NCBI GenBank assembly: GCA_035541475.1
Contig: DATKND010000054.1
Location: 4,069-68,068, forward strand
Length of the DNA stretch: 64,000 nucleotides
Reading direction: 5' to 3'
Source of the DNA: Myxococcota bacterium
GTDB taxonomy: Bacteria > Myxococcota_A > UBA9160 > SMWR01
The notes beneath the pieces are model-generated. The model was given only the letters and a program-made list of their open reading frames with translations, was not told where the DNA came from and did no database searches. Positions 34,048-45,197 of the stretch are shown piece after piece. Position numbers and translations under genes: made by a program. Every line of letters begins with the position of its first letter. The stretch's first letter is position 1.

Positions 34048-34530
34048 CTACGACTTCGCCCCGAGCAGCGCGTCGAGCCTGGGCCAGTCGATCGAGTGCT
34101 GCGCCGCGAAGGCGCGCAGCAGGAGGTCGCGGTCGGGGTCGTCGTCCTTCGCGAGGAACTTCTCCACCGCGCCCTTCAGCTTCTTCTCGGCGGGCTCCGC
34201 GGGCGCGTCCTCCTCGAGCGAGCCCTCCTTGTGGGCGAGCCCGATCCCATCGAGCCACTCGACCAGCAGCTCCTTGCGGCACTCGAGGAAGTAGATCGCG
34301 AGGAGCTCGTCGGCGACCGGGTTCGCCGCCACCTTCGCGAAGGTCCGGCGCACCGCCTCGGCCCGCTTCTCGAAGGGCTGATTGCGCAGGTACACGGGCC
34401 GCGCCTTCATCACGACGGCCGCCGCGTCGACCGCCTGGCGGAACATCGCCGGCGCCTGCTTCTGCAATCCGCGCATCACCGCGACCGCGCGCTCGGGCGT
34501 CATGGCGGCGAACACCTGGTACGAGCGCAT
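34048..34530 (-). CDS. Hypothetical protein (160 aa)
   Basis: ATG 34530. Native-looking composition (MRSYQVFAAMTPERAVAVMRGLQKQAPAMF...). It is the C-terminal part of ORF 34048..36594. No family recognised. Confidence 0.55.
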   Translation of the reverse strand: MRSYQVFAAMTPERAVAVMRGLQKQAPAMFRQAVDAAAVVMKARPVYLRNQPFEKRAEAVRRTFAKVAANPVADELLAIYFLECRKELLVEWLDGIGLAHKEGSLEEDAPAEPAEKKLKGAVEKFLAKDDDPDRDLLLRAFAAQHSIDWPRLDALLGAKS

Positions 34531-34577
34531 GCGGGCCCTCCGGAGCGCCGTAGTTTGGGGCGCGGCGCGCGGAGCCG

Positions 34578-36644
34578 CTAGGGGCGCGCGCCCGTGTCCG
34601 CCTGCGGTGCAGCGCTCGACGCGGTCTGTGCGCGCGGGCCGAGCAGGTGGCGCTCGAAGAAGGACGCGAGCTTCGTGTAGAAGTCGATCGCGTTGCGCTC
34701 GTCGATGAAGCCGTGGACCTCGTCCGCGTAGAGAACGGACTCGACCTCGTGGCCGGACTTTTCGAGCGCGTCGATCATGTGGTTCGCCTGGTTCACGTGC
34801 ACGATCGGATCCTGGGTGCCGTGGGCGATCAGGACCGGCGCGCGGATCCGGTCGGCGTGGCGCGCGGGCGAGACAGCCGCGAGCTGGTCGCGGTCCCTCC
34901 AGCTGTCGCCGACGGTGGGCGTGTTGAAATCCGAGCACGCGTACGCGGCCTCGTTGTCGAGCATCTCGATGATGTCGCTCACTCCCGCGAGGCTCGCGCC
35001 CGCCTGGAAGAGCTCCGGTGTCTTGACCAGCGCCATCAGCGCCGCGTAGCCGCCGTAGCTCGCGCCGTAGATGCCGAGGCGTTGAGGGTCCGCGATGCCC
35101 TGCGCGATCGCCCACTGCGCCGCGTCCGTGATGTCGTCCTGCATCGCGAGTCCCCACTGGCGGTAGCCGGCCACACGGTGATGCGTGCCGTAGCCGGTCG
35201 AGCCGCGGAAGTTGACCTGGAGCACCGCGAAGCCGCGGCTGGCGAGGAACTGCACCTCGGGGTCCCAGCCCCAGACGTCGCGCGAGCTCGGACCGCCGTG
35301 CGGGTGGAGGATCGTTGGCAACGGACCGGGCGGCGCGTTCCGCGGGCGCGTCAGATAGCCATGCATCGTGAGGCCGTCGCGCGCCTGGAAGGAGATCGCC
35401 TTCATCGGCGACATCGCGTCCGCGTGCAGGTCGGGGTAGGCGTCGAAGAACGGGTGCAAGGTGTGATTCGCGCGGTCGTAGAAGAAATAACGAGGTGCCA
35501 CGACGTCGGAAGACGCGACCACGAGAGCCACGCGCTCGTCGCGGTCCATGTCGACGATCTCGTTCCAGGTGCCGGGCAGCGCCGCGTCGATCGCGGCCTG
35601 CTCGCGCGCCATGGCCTGATCGAAGAAATACCAATGCGGTCGATCCGTCGTGTACCGGACCGCGATCAGGTGGCCGTCGCGCTGCGAGGTCCAGATGCAG
35701 CAATCGAGGTCCACCTCGGGGTGCGCATACACGAGAGGACCCATCGCGCGGTGCGCGAGATCGTAGGTGTAGAGCCCTCGCAAATCTCCGTCTCTGTTCG
35801 ACCACACGTAGATCTGATCGGGTCGCTCGCTGAAGGCCGCGAACTCGAAGCCCGGCTCGTGGAAAGCGTCGTAGCGGACGATCTCCTCGAAGCGATCGCT
35901 CGGGCTCAGCCGCGCGACGGTGAAGAGCTGCGTGCCGGTGCGCGAGACGCCGCTGCCGACGAGCACTTGGCCCAGGTAGTTCGCGTGCCAGCGCCGCATG
36001 TCGAGCTGGGCGCGCGCCTCGGTCTCCAGGCTGCCGCTGTCGAGGTTCACGCGGCGCGCGCTGACGCCATTCTGATCGGGCTGCCACCAGTTGAGCAGGA
36101 TGTGATCGGGGTCGTCCGGCAGGCGCCACGCGATCACGTCGTCCTGGTAGTTCGAGTACGCCTGGAACGGCCACTTCTTGCCGAGGTAGCTCACGCGGCC
36201 GGACCGCAGATCGACCACCATGAGCCGCGTCTGCCGCGCGCGCACGCCGATTGGCCCCATGAGCTGCGGGCTCTCGAGGCTCACGACGATGCGCTGGTCG
36301 CCGCCCCAGCCGAGCGCGCGGATATCCGTGCTGCCTCGGTACTCCGTCCGCTCGAGCTTGCCGACGGGCTTGATGTCGCGTCCCGCGACGGGTCGCACGA
36401 ACACGACCTCGATGCCGCCACGCTCGATGATCCCGGCGAGGTTCTTGCCGTCGGGCGAGAGCGCGGGATGCTCGACGAGCGGCGAGCGGAAGAAGGCGGC
36501 GGCCGTCGGCCGACCCTGCTCGTCGAAGGGAGCGGTCGAGACGTGCTGCCTCGCCGCGAGAACTTCCGTACGGCAATCGGAGATCGCGGTGCATACCGCC
36601 GCGAGCAAGAGAACAGCAATCCGCCTTCCCAGAGCGGCCCGCAT
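34578..36644 (-). CDS. S9-family serine peptidase (prolyl oligopeptidase/DPP-like)
   Basis: Signal peptide, beta-propeller-length N-terminal region, nucleophile GASYGGYA, and a late D...H (HGTQDPIV, DEVHGF). Confidence 0.85.
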   Translation of the reverse strand: MRAALGRRIAVLLLAAVCTAISDCRTEVLAARQHVSTAPFDEQGRPTAAAFFRSPLVEHPALSPDGKNLAGIIERGGIEVVFVRPVAGRDIKPVGKLERTEYRGSTDIRALGWGGDQRIVVSLESPQLMGPIGVRARQTRLMVVDLRSGRVSYLGKKWPFQAYSNYQDDVIAWRLPDDPDHILLNWWQPDQNGVSARRVNLDSGSLETEARAQLDMRRWHANYLGQVLVGSGVSRTGTQLFTVARLSPSDRFEEIVRYDAFHEPGFEFAAFSERPDQIYVWSNRDGDLRGLYTYDLAHRAMGPLVYAHPEVDLDCCIWTSQRDGHLIAVRYTTDRPHWYFFDQAMAREQAAIDAALPGTWNEIVDMDRDERVALVVASSDVVAPRYFFYDRANHTLHPFFDAYPDLHADAMSPMKAISFQARDGLTMHGYLTRPRNAPPGPLPTILHPHGGPSSRDVWGWDPEVQFLASRGFAVLQVNFRGSTGYGTHHRVAGYRQWGLAMQDDITDAAQWAIAQGIADPQRLGIYGASYGGYAALMALVKTPELFQAGASLAGVSDIIEMLDNEAAYACSDFNTPTVGDSWRDRDQLAAVSPARHADRIRAPVLIAHGTQDPIVHVNQANHMIDALEKSGHEVESVLYADEVHGFIDERNAIDFYTKLASFFERHLLGPRAQTASSAAPQADTGARP

Positions 36645-36680
36645 CGCGGGGCGCAGTCTACAGCCGCATGCGTCGGAGAC

Positions 36681-37592
36681 TCAAGCGGCGCGGCGATCCG
36701 CCCACGCCTCGCGCAGCGACCACACGACCATCAGCACCAGCAGCGCGGCGAGTGCCGAGTGGAGCGCGGTGATCTCGACGGGAATGCCGAGACGCACGTT
36801 CGCGACGCCGACCGCGACCTGCGCGAGCGCGAGCGCCGCCGCCAGCCGGAGGCTTCGTCCGACGCGCGGGTCGTCACGCAAGCGCCACGCGGACGCGCAG
36901 AGCGAGGCCAGCAGCAGGTAGCCGTTGCTGCGGTGCATGAGGTGCAGGCCGACCGGGCCGCGCCACGACGGAAACCAGAGGCCACCGTTGCAGGTCGGCC
37001 ACTCGGGACAGGCCATGCCCGCGAAGCGCGACGACACCTGCCCGCCGAGCACGAGCTGGAAGAAGAGCAGCAGCGCGACGAGCGCGAGCCAGCGGCGCGC
37101 GGCGTCCGAGGCGGGCGCACGCGGCGCGCGCTCGCGCAGCGAGGCCGAAGTAAGGAGCAACGTGGATGCGAACGCGTTGCCGGTCACGAGGTGCGCGGTG
37201 ACGGTCCACGACGCGAGCAGATGCCAGACGGTCAGCGCGCCGAGCAGGATCTGGAGCATCAGCAGCGCGGCGCCCGTCGCGATACAGCGCCGTGCCGCCG
37301 CGCTCGCGCCGCGCCGCCACGCGACGATCGAGAGAGCCACGAACGCGAGCGAGACGCTGCCCGCGAGCACGCGGTGCGAGTACTCGAAGGCGATGCGCAG
37401 ATCCATCTCGGGCACGAGTCGCCCGAAGCAGAGCGGCCAGTCGGGACAAGCGAGCCCCGCGGAGTGCGCGCGCACCAGCGCGCCGAGCACGATCAGGCAG
37501 ACGCTCACGCCGCACAGCGCGGCGAAGCCGGTGCCGATCGCGTGCGTGTCGGCTGAGTGCGCGGCGTCACGGAAGGTCGAGGTAGCGGCCAC
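36681..37592 (-). CDS. ctaA: Heme A synthase (COX15/CtaA family)
   Basis: GTG start. Multi-TM protein with GLACPDWPLCFG, EYSHRVLAG, a second GMACPEWPTCNG and MHRSNGYLL. Confidence 0.8.
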   Translation of the reverse strand: MAATSTFRDAAHSADTHAIGTGFAALCGVSVCLIVLGALVRAHSAGLACPDWPLCFGRLVPEMDLRIAFEYSHRVLAGSVSLAFVALSIVAWRRGASAAARRCIATGAALLMLQILLGALTVWHLLASWTVTAHLVTGNAFASTLLLTSASLRERAPRAPASDAARRWLALVALLLFFQLVLGGQVSSRFAGMACPEWPTCNGGLWFPSWRGPVGLHLMHRSNGYLLLASLCASAWRLRDDPRVGRSLRLAAALALAQVAVGVANVRLGIPVEITALHSALAALLVLMVVWSLREAWADRRAA

Positions 37593-37688
37593 GGGGCGCA
37601 GGCTAGCGGCCCCGCGCTGGCCCTACAGCCCGAGGCGAAATTCGTCGATAGTGCATTCGTGGCCTCTCCGACCCAGAATGTCTCGACC

Positions 37689-38099
37689 ATGGACGACCCG
37701 CGCCGCCTGCGTGAGATCCTCGATCGCGCGCTCGACCTCGCCGGTCGCCACTCGCTCACCTCGGTGCTCGTCGGGATCGCCGGCCGCGAAGGGGATCGGC
37801 TCTTCCCCGAGATCGTGGCCTACGTGGAGAGCGGTCTCCGCATGGACGACTCGGTCTTCCGCATGACGCGCGAGCGCGCGGTGCTGCTGCTGACCGACGT
37901 AGACGCCGAGCAGGCCGAGAAGATCGTGCGGCGCCTGCTCGCGGAGTTCTGCGATCACTTCCCCGCCGCGCGCGAGCCCGAGGTTGCGGTCGCGAGCTTC
38001 GAGGTCGCGCCGAGCTCGATCGAGCTGACGCTCAAGCAGGTGCTGCCGCGATTGTTTCCGGGTCCGGGCGACGAGAGCCGGGGGCCCGACGAGAGCTAG
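37689..38099 (+). CDS. Hypothetical protein
   Basis: ATG 37689 within ORF 37557..38099. It bears only a weak resemblance to the C-terminal half of a degenerate GGDEF fold (DSVFRMTRERAVLLLTDVDAEQAEKIVRRL). Confidence 0.5.
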   Translation: MDDPRRLREILDRALDLAGRHSLTSVLVGIAGREGDRLFPEIVAYVESGLRMDDSVFRMTRERAVLLLTDVDAEQAEKIVRRLLAEFCDHFPAAREPEVAVASFEVAPSSIELTLKQVLPRLFPGPGDESRGPDES

Positions 38100-38222
38100 G
38101 CGTCTCGATCGCGGTTTCGTCGCCGTGCGAGCGCGGCGAGCAGCGCGATGCCGAGTGCCCGCGGCAGGACTCGCGGCCGCCTCGATTTCCTGCGAGCCTC
38201 CTCGCGCCCCAGAGGAGCGGTC

Positions 38223-39029
38223 GTGACGAGCTTCGGAGAGTTCCTGCGAGTCGCGCTGCTCGCGATCCTCGCCGCGCTCGCGGCGCCCGTCCGCGCGGAG
38301 ACTGCGAGGGCGCCGAGCGACGCGGAGGTGCGCGAGCTGACGTGGCGGCTCGAAGCGATGAACAAGCAGATCGACAACCTCGAGGCCGCGACGAACGAGG
38401 CGGTACGCCAGACGATCATGCAATGGCACTGGCTGGCCATGCAGGACTACATGGGCTGGATGCACAGCCGCTTCGGAGCCGGCGCGCCCTGGATGATGGA
38501 TCCGGACTCGAGAGGAGGCCCTGGAGCATCGGCGTGCCCGATGTTAGGCGGCGACGGCGCCGCGTGGACCCTGCCCGAAGGCGTGAGCCCGAAGCAGTAC
38601 GGCGAGCAGATGCGCGCGCACCTACGAACGCTGAACGACCAGATGAGCCGGATCGCCCAGACGACCGATCCCGCCGAGCGTCAACGCCTCTCGCAGGAGC
38701 ACTGGCAGACCATGTACCGAGACATGCAGGGCATGCGCGGGCTGGGCTGGATGTGGCGCGCCGGCGCGATGGGCAACGCTCCGGAACCAGGGACCGGCGA
38801 GGCGAAGCCGTTGCCGGATCCGGACTCGGCGGGCGCAAAGCTCGTCTCGCATTACTGCGTCCAGTGTCACGCGACGCCCTCGCCGACGCTGCTCACGAGC
38901 GCAGATTGGGGACACGTGGTCAACCGGATGCACGTGCGAATCGAAGGCCGCGTTTCGCCGATCGAGACGCCGAGCGAGGAAGAGATGAAGACGATCCTCG
39001 TCTACATGAAGCAGTACGCGCAGAAGTAG
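38223..39029 (+). CDS. Secreted Met/His/Trp-rich protein with a C-terminal monoheme cytochrome c motif
   Basis: GTG 38223 within ORF 38148..39029. Signal peptide ending PVRA-ET. Met-rich stretches QTIMQWHWLAMQDYMGWMHSRF, PWMMDP, MYRDMQGMRGLGWMW. Heme site YCVQCH. Confidence 0.65.
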   Translation: MTSFGEFLRVALLAILAALAAPVRAETARAPSDAEVRELTWRLEAMNKQIDNLEAATNEAVRQTIMQWHWLAMQDYMGWMHSRFGAGAPWMMDPDSRGGPGASACPMLGGDGAAWTLPEGVSPKQYGEQMRAHLRTLNDQMSRIAQTTDPAERQRLSQEHWQTMYRDMQGMRGLGWMWRAGAMGNAPEPGTGEAKPLPDPDSAGAKLVSHYCVQCHATPSPTLLTSADWGHVVNRMHVRIEGRVSPIETPSEEEMKTILVYMKQYAQK

Positions 39030-39088
39030 CGCCGCCGCGCTCGGCGCCTTCTCTTCGACCTCGGCGCTCTCGCGGGCCCCGCCGAGTC

Positions 39089-40012
39089 CTACGGGATCGT
39101 CAGCTCCGCCTCGAGCGCCGGCGCGAGAGCGGGATATGCGAAGCCATAGTCCCTCTCTCGTGCCGCGCGCGGCGCGACGCGGCGGCTGCCGAGCAGCTCG
39201 CTCGCGAGGTCGCCGAGCGCGACGCGCAGGACGAAGGCGGGCACCGGCAGGATCGCCGGTCGATCGACGGCGCGCGCGAGCGCCTGCGTGAAATCGGCGT
39301 TGCGCACGCACTCGGGCGCGACCGCGGCGACCGCGCCGCAGCAGTCCTCGCGCACGATCGCCGTTCGCGCGAGACCGACCGCGTCGTCGACGTGCACCCA
39401 CGGAAACCACTGTCGTCCGCTGCCGACGCGGCCTCCGAGCCCGAGCCGGAAGATGCGCGAGAGCATCGCGAGCGCCCCACCGTCGCGCGCGAGCACGACG
39501 CCGAAGCGCAGGCTCACGCGTCGCACCGCGAGCGCCTCGACCTCCGCCGCGGCGGCCTCCCACTCGACGCAGAGATCCGCGAGAAATCCCTCGCCCGGCG
39601 GCGACGACTCGTCGAGCGTCTCCTCGCCGCGGTCGCCGTAGTAGCCGACCGCGGACGCGCACACGAGGATGCGCGGTCGCTCGCCAGGCGACAGCGCGCC
39701 GATCGCGCGCGCGATCGCGCGCGTCGAGTCGACGCGGCTCTCCCATATGCGTCGCCTGCGCTCGGAGGTCGGGAGCCCGCCGAAGATCGGCTCGCCGGCG
39801 AGATGCACGACGGCGTCGACGCCGCGCAGCGCGCCCGGCTCGACGTGTCGACCGTCCCAACGCGTGTAGGTGACACCTGCTTGCGGCGCCTGGCGCTGCG
39901 GTGAGCGCGTCGGCGCGGTGACCGTCGCGCCGTCGCGGAGGAGCGCGTCGACCAATCGCCGGCCGACGAGGCCGGTGGCGCCGGTGACGAGCACCTGCCG
40001 CGACGCCGACAC
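39089..40012 (-). CDS. TIGR01777-type NAD-dependent epimerase/dehydratase-family protein (YfcH-like)
   Basis: GTG start. VLVTGATGLVGRRL. C-terminal DUF1731-like region. Confidence 0.75.
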   Translation of the reverse strand: MSASRQVLVTGATGLVGRRLVDALLRDGATVTAPTRSPQRQAPQAGVTYTRWDGRHVEPGALRGVDAVVHLAGEPIFGGLPTSERRRRIWESRVDSTRAIARAIGALSPGERPRILVCASAVGYYGDRGEETLDESSPPGEGFLADLCVEWEAAAAEVEALAVRRVSLRFGVVLARDGGALAMLSRIFRLGLGGRVGSGRQWFPWVHVDDAVGLARTAIVREDCCGAVAAVAPECVRNADFTQALARAVDRPAILPVPAFVLRVALGDLASELLGSRRVAPRAARERDYGFAYPALAPALEAELTIP

Positions 40013-40019
40013 CGCGCGG

Positions 40020-40790
40020 CTACTGCGGCGCCATGCGCAGCGCGCCGTCCAGCCGGATCACCTCGCCGTTCAGCATGGCGTTCTCGAGGATGTGGCAGGC
40101 GAGCGCCGCGTACTCCGGCGGATTGCCGAGGCGCGGCGGGAAAGGAATCGTCCTGCCGAGCGCCTCCCGTGCCGCCTCGGGGAGCGTCGCCAGCAGCGGC
40201 GTTTCGAAGAGGCCCGGCGCGATCGTGCAGACGCGGATCCCGTGGCGCGCGAGATCGCGCGCGACCGGCAACGTCAGTCCCACCACGCCGCCCTTCGAGG
40301 CCGAGTAGGCGGCCTGTCCGATCTGCCCGTCGAACGCGGCGATCGACGCGGTGTTGACGATCGCGCCGCGCTCGCCGCCCGCGTCGGGCTCGTTCTTCAC
40401 CATGCGCGCGGCCGCGAGCCGGATCGCGTTGAAGGTGCCGATCAGGTTCACATTGATGGTGCGCGTGAAGACGTCGAGCCGGAAGGGTTCGCCGTCCTTG
40501 CCGACCGTGCGCATGGCGCTGCCGATGCCCGCGCAATTCACGAGCGCGCGCAGCGGGCCGAAGGCGTCGATCGCCTGGTCGAGCGCCGACGCGAGCGCCG
40601 CCTCGTCGGTGACGTCGCCCGGCAGGAAGCGCGCGGCCCCGCGCATCTCCTTCTCGAGCTCCGCGCCCTTCGAGCGCGGAAGGTCGTAGATCGCGACGCG
40701 CGCACCGCGCTCGGCGAGAAGACGCGCGGTCGCGGCGCCGAGCCCCGAGGCGCCTCCGGTGACGAAGGCCGTGATTCCCTGGATCTGCAT
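40020..40790 (-). CDS. SDR, 3-hydroxyacyl-CoA dehydrogenase type II-like
   Basis: [49 protein letters not shown]. Confidence 0.85.
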   Translation of the reverse strand: MQIQGITAFVTGGASGLGAATARLLAERGARVAIYDLPRSKGAELEKEMRGAARFLPGDVTDEAALASALDQAIDAFGPLRALVNCAGIGSAMRTVGKDGEPFRLDVFTRTINVNLIGTFNAIRLAAARMVKNEPDAGGERGAIVNTASIAAFDGQIGQAAYSASKGGVVGLTLPVARDLARHGIRVCTIAPGLFETPLLATLPEAAREALGRTIPFPPRLGNPPEYAALACHILENAMLNGEVIRLDGALRMAPQ

Positions 40791-40817
40791 GCGGTCCTCC
40801 AGCGATGACGGCGCAAG

Positions 40818-41602
40818 TTAGTCGCGGGCGAGCGCGTCCGCGAGCCGCGCCGCCCACGGATGCGACGCGTCGCCGACGGGCACGCCGTCGAGCCGCACGA
40901 TCGGGCGCGCGCCGCGCACCGCGTTGACCGCGAAGAGCGCACGCGCCGTTCGCAGCGCGGGCATGCGCGCGTCGCGGAAATGGATCGGCACGCGCTCGCG
41001 CAGCACCTCGAGCGCGACACCCGCGACCGCGCCGCGCGCGAGCGGCGGCGAGAGCAGGCGATCCTCCTCGTCGACCCACAGCACGTTGCTGCGCGACGCT
41101 TCCACGAGTCGCCCCTCGCCGTCGAAGAGCAGCGCCTCGTCCGCGCCGGCCGCGCGCGCGGACTCGGCCGCGAGCGCGAGCACGAGACGGCTGGTCAGCT
41201 TGTGACCGCCGGGCACGGGCGGCGGCTCGTGGCGCTGCGGTGCCGTGATCGCGCTCCAGCGCGGCGGATCCTCGCCGAGCCCGCGCGCGACGCCGGTGAG
41301 CCGCAGCCCGCGGCGGTCGCGCGAGAGCTGGAGCCGCACCGCGCCTTCGCCTTCCGGCAGCGACGCCGCGGCGAGCTCGCGCAGCGCGCGCCGCGCGCGC
41401 TCCGGATCGAAGCGGCCGAGCGAGAGCGCGTCGGCGCCGCGCGCGAGGCGGCGAAGGTGGCGGGCCTCGAAGCGCGGTCGGCCCTTCTCGATGCGCACGC
41501 TGGTGTAGCAGCCGCGGCCCTCGGCGAAGGCGCTGTCGTCGCCCGCGATCGGCGCTTCCGCTCGCTCTACGAGTCGATCGCCGAACCAGCACGGGCCGGC
41601 GC

Positions 41603-41606
<4 letters not shown>
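40818..41606 (-). CDS. Class IV aminotransferase / aminodeoxychorismate-lyase-like protein
   Basis: GTGA overlap with the citrate synthase stop, with AAGGAG upstream. GRGCYTSVRI, GGHKLTSRL, EASRSNVLWV. Confidence 0.7.
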
Positions 41607-42898
<1,292 letters not shown>

Positions 42899-43070
42899 GG
42901 CTCTCACTCCAATTGGCGCGACGCGACGCGGGGTTCCGACGGACGCCGCAGTCTAGCGGACGGCCTATTCCGTCGATAGACGAGCCCCGTCGCGCACCGA
43001 TCCCGCTCGTGCTCTCCACATCCCTCCCGATGCCGAGTACCCTGGGGTCGGACCTCTCTGGAGCGACACC

Positions 43071-43694
43071 ATGCGGATGTCGGCACCCGGCGACGAGCTC
43101 GTCGGCAGACTCGGCGATCCCCACGTCGACCGCGACGCGATCGCGTCCTTCCTCGACTCGCTCTCGCACGCGCAGCGCGTCGAGGCGACGCGCGCGCTTG
43201 GTCGCGGCGAGCAGCGCCGGCTCTACGCGGTCGTGGACGGCTTCCTGCCCGTCGAGCTCGCCGAGCTGGTGCCGGCCTCCGTCGCGGATCTCGCGCAGGT
43301 CCGCCACTTCGGCCGCAACACCTTGCCGGCCTTCACCCTATTCGAGAAGCGCTTCTGCCGGCCCAAAGGAGCGGACCCGCGAAAACCCGATGCGCTCTAC
43401 GGCTACAACTTCCAGTCGCTCTCGCCGCTCACGGGTCCCGGCTACTTCGTCGCGCGGCCGGTACCTGGGCGACCCGAGGTCGACATCGACTACCGCGAGC
43501 TCCCGCCGGCGCGTCCGCCCACGTGGCCCGCGATCCGGAGCAACGAGCGCGGCCTCGGCCGCTTCGTCTACGGCTTCATGGTCGACACCTTGCGCCGTGT
43601 CTCGCTACACGTGACGATCGGATCGGCGGCGCGCGGCGGAAAGGCGATCGGCTCCTGGTTCGTGCTGGTGCGCGAGGACCCGATCGGCGCGTGA
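43071..43694 (+). CDS. Hypothetical protein
   Basis: Native-looking 207-aa ORF, translationally coupled (GTGA) to the next gene. No family recognised. Confidence 0.55.
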   Translation: MRMSAPGDELVGRLGDPHVDRDAIASFLDSLSHAQRVEATRALGRGEQRRLYAVVDGFLPVELAELVPASVADLAQVRHFGRNTLPAFTLFEKRFCRPKGADPRKPDALYGYNFQSLSPLTGPGYFVARPVPGRPEVDIDYRELPPARPPTWPAIRSNERGLGRFVYGFMVDTLRRVSLHVTIGSAARGGKAIGSWFVLVREDPIGA

Positions 43695-44473
43695 AGGCCC
43701 CGGGCCTCTTCGATCTGCGCGGGCGCACCGCGCTCGTCACGGGCGGCGGACGCGGGCTCGGCCGCCACATCGCGCTCGGACTCGCGGAGGCCGGCGCCGA
43801 TGTGATCGTCGCGTCGCGCAAGCGCGCGAGCTGCGAGGAGACGGTGCGCGCGATCGAGGCCTGCGGCCGACGCGGCGTTGCCTTCGAGGTGGATCTCGCG
43901 CGCGAGGAGCAGGTGGCGCGGCTGGCCGAGCAGGCGATCGCCGCGGCCGGACGCCTCCACATCCTCGTCAACAACGCGGGCGTCGTGTGGGGCGCGCCGA
44001 CGCTCGAGTACCCGCTCGCCGGCTGGGACAAGGTCTTCGCGGTGAACGTGCGCGCGCTCTGGCAGCTCTCGCAACAGGTCGCGCGTCACATGAAGGAGCA
44101 GGGCGGCGGCGCGATCCTCCACATCTCCTCGATCTCGGGCTTCCGCGGCTCGCTCGAGGAGAAGGAGCCGGCGATCGCGTACAACGCCGCGAAGGGCGCC
44201 GTCAACACGCTGACGAAGGACATGGCGGTGAAGCTCGCGTCGCACCGGATCCGCGTGAACGCGATCGCGCCCGGCGCCTTCGACACCGACATGATGGACT
44301 ACGTGAAGGGCGATTCCGAGACGCTGCGCCGCTTCCTCGAGCAGATCCCGCAGCGGCGCCCTGGCGGCGAGGACGACATCAAGGGCGCAGCCGTCTTCCT
44401 GTGTAGCGACGCCGCAGCCTACGTGACGGGGCAGGTGCTCGTCGTCGACGGCGGCTGGCTGGTGCGCGGCTGA
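43691..44473 (+). CDS. SDR-family oxidoreductase (FabG/gluconate-5-dehydrogenase-like)
   Basis: GTG 43691 within ORF 43523..44473. ALVTGGGRGLGRHIA, NNAGV, YNAAKGAV, VDGGW. Confidence 0.85.
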   Translation: MKAPGLFDLRGRTALVTGGGRGLGRHIALGLAEAGADVIVASRKRASCEETVRAIEACGRRGVAFEVDLAREEQVARLAEQAIAAAGRLHILVNNAGVVWGAPTLEYPLAGWDKVFAVNVRALWQLSQQVARHMKEQGGGAILHISSISGFRGSLEEKEPAIAYNAAKGAVNTLTKDMAVKLASHRIRVNAIAPGAFDTDMMDYVKGDSETLRRFLEQIPQRRPGGEDDIKGAAVFLCSDAAAYVTGQVLVVDGGWLVRG

Positions 44474-44492
44474 CGCGCTTCGGAGGACTGTC

Positions 44493-45197
44493 ATGCTGCG
44501 AGCTCTCGACGTGGCGACCTCGGTCGGGGCGACGCTTGCGCGCGTCGGGCTCGGCGGGCGCGTCGGCCCGCTCGGCCCGCGCCCGGAGAAGACGCTCGAG
44601 CTCTACGAGTTCGAGGCCTGTCCCTTCTGTCGCAAGGTGCGCGAGGCGCTCTCGCTCCTCGACCTCGACGCGCTCGTCTTCCCGTGTCCGCGCGGCGGGC
44701 CGCGCTACCGCGAGGCGGTGAAGGCGCGAGGCGGCAAGTACCAGTTTCCCTATCTCGTCGATCCGAACACGGTCGAGGCGATGTACGAGTCCGACGAGAT
44801 CGTCGCGTACCTCTTCCGTCGCTACGGAGCGGGCGAGCCGCCGGCGCTGCTGCGCGCGCCGGTCCTCACCGACCTCTCCAGCGCGCTCGCCTCGGCCTGG
44901 CGGCCAGGCTCCGGCAGGCGCTACCGGAAGGCGCGGGCGCCCGCCGAGCCGCTCGAGCTCTACAGCTACGAGGCGTCGCCCTTCTCGCGCCTCGCCCGCG
45001 AGGCGCTCTGCGAGCTCGAGCTGCCCTACCGGCTGCACAACGTCGCGCACGGCAGTCCGAAGCGAGACGCGTTCGTCGCGCGCTCGGGAAGGATGCAGGT
45101 GCCCTATCTGATCGATCCGAATACTGGCGCCTCGATGTTCGAGTCGGCCGACATCGTGCGGTACCTGCGCAGCACGTACGAGATCGACCGAGGGTGA
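44493..45197 (+). CDS. Tandem glutaredoxin/GST-N-like thioredoxin-fold protein
   Basis: Two repeats: LELYEFEACPFCRKVREAL...QFPYLVDPNT...ESDEIVAYL and LELYSYEASPFSRLAREAL...QVPYLIDPNT...ESADIVRYL. Only the first keeps CPFC. Confidence 0.75.
   Translation: MLRALDVATSVGATLARVGLGGRVGPLGPRPEKTLELYEFEACPFCRKVREALSLLDLDALVFPCPRGGPRYREAVKARGGKYQFPYLVDPNTVEAMYESDEIVAYLFRRYGAGEPPALLRAPVLTDLSSALASAWRPGSGRRYRKARAPAEPLELYSYEASPFSRLAREALCELELPYRLHNVAHGSPKRDAFVARSGRMQVPYLIDPNTGASMFESADIVRYLRSTYEIDRG

Noticed and set aside
34647-37556. 969-aa plus-strand ORF; likewise 49975..53067 (1030 aa, minus), 39514..41649 (711 aa, minus), 14780..15991 and other Arg-rich ORFs
   Set aside because: They lie opposite or out of frame to well-supported genes (S9 peptidase, ctaA, M16, SDRs, the cytochrome). 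They are low-complexity R/A/G/P translations with no start context.
37689-38099. Degenerate GGDEF-like domain
   Set aside because: The resemblance is limited to one stretch (DSVFRMTRERAVLLLTD..AEKIVRRL). The protein is too short for the fold, so it stays hypothetical.
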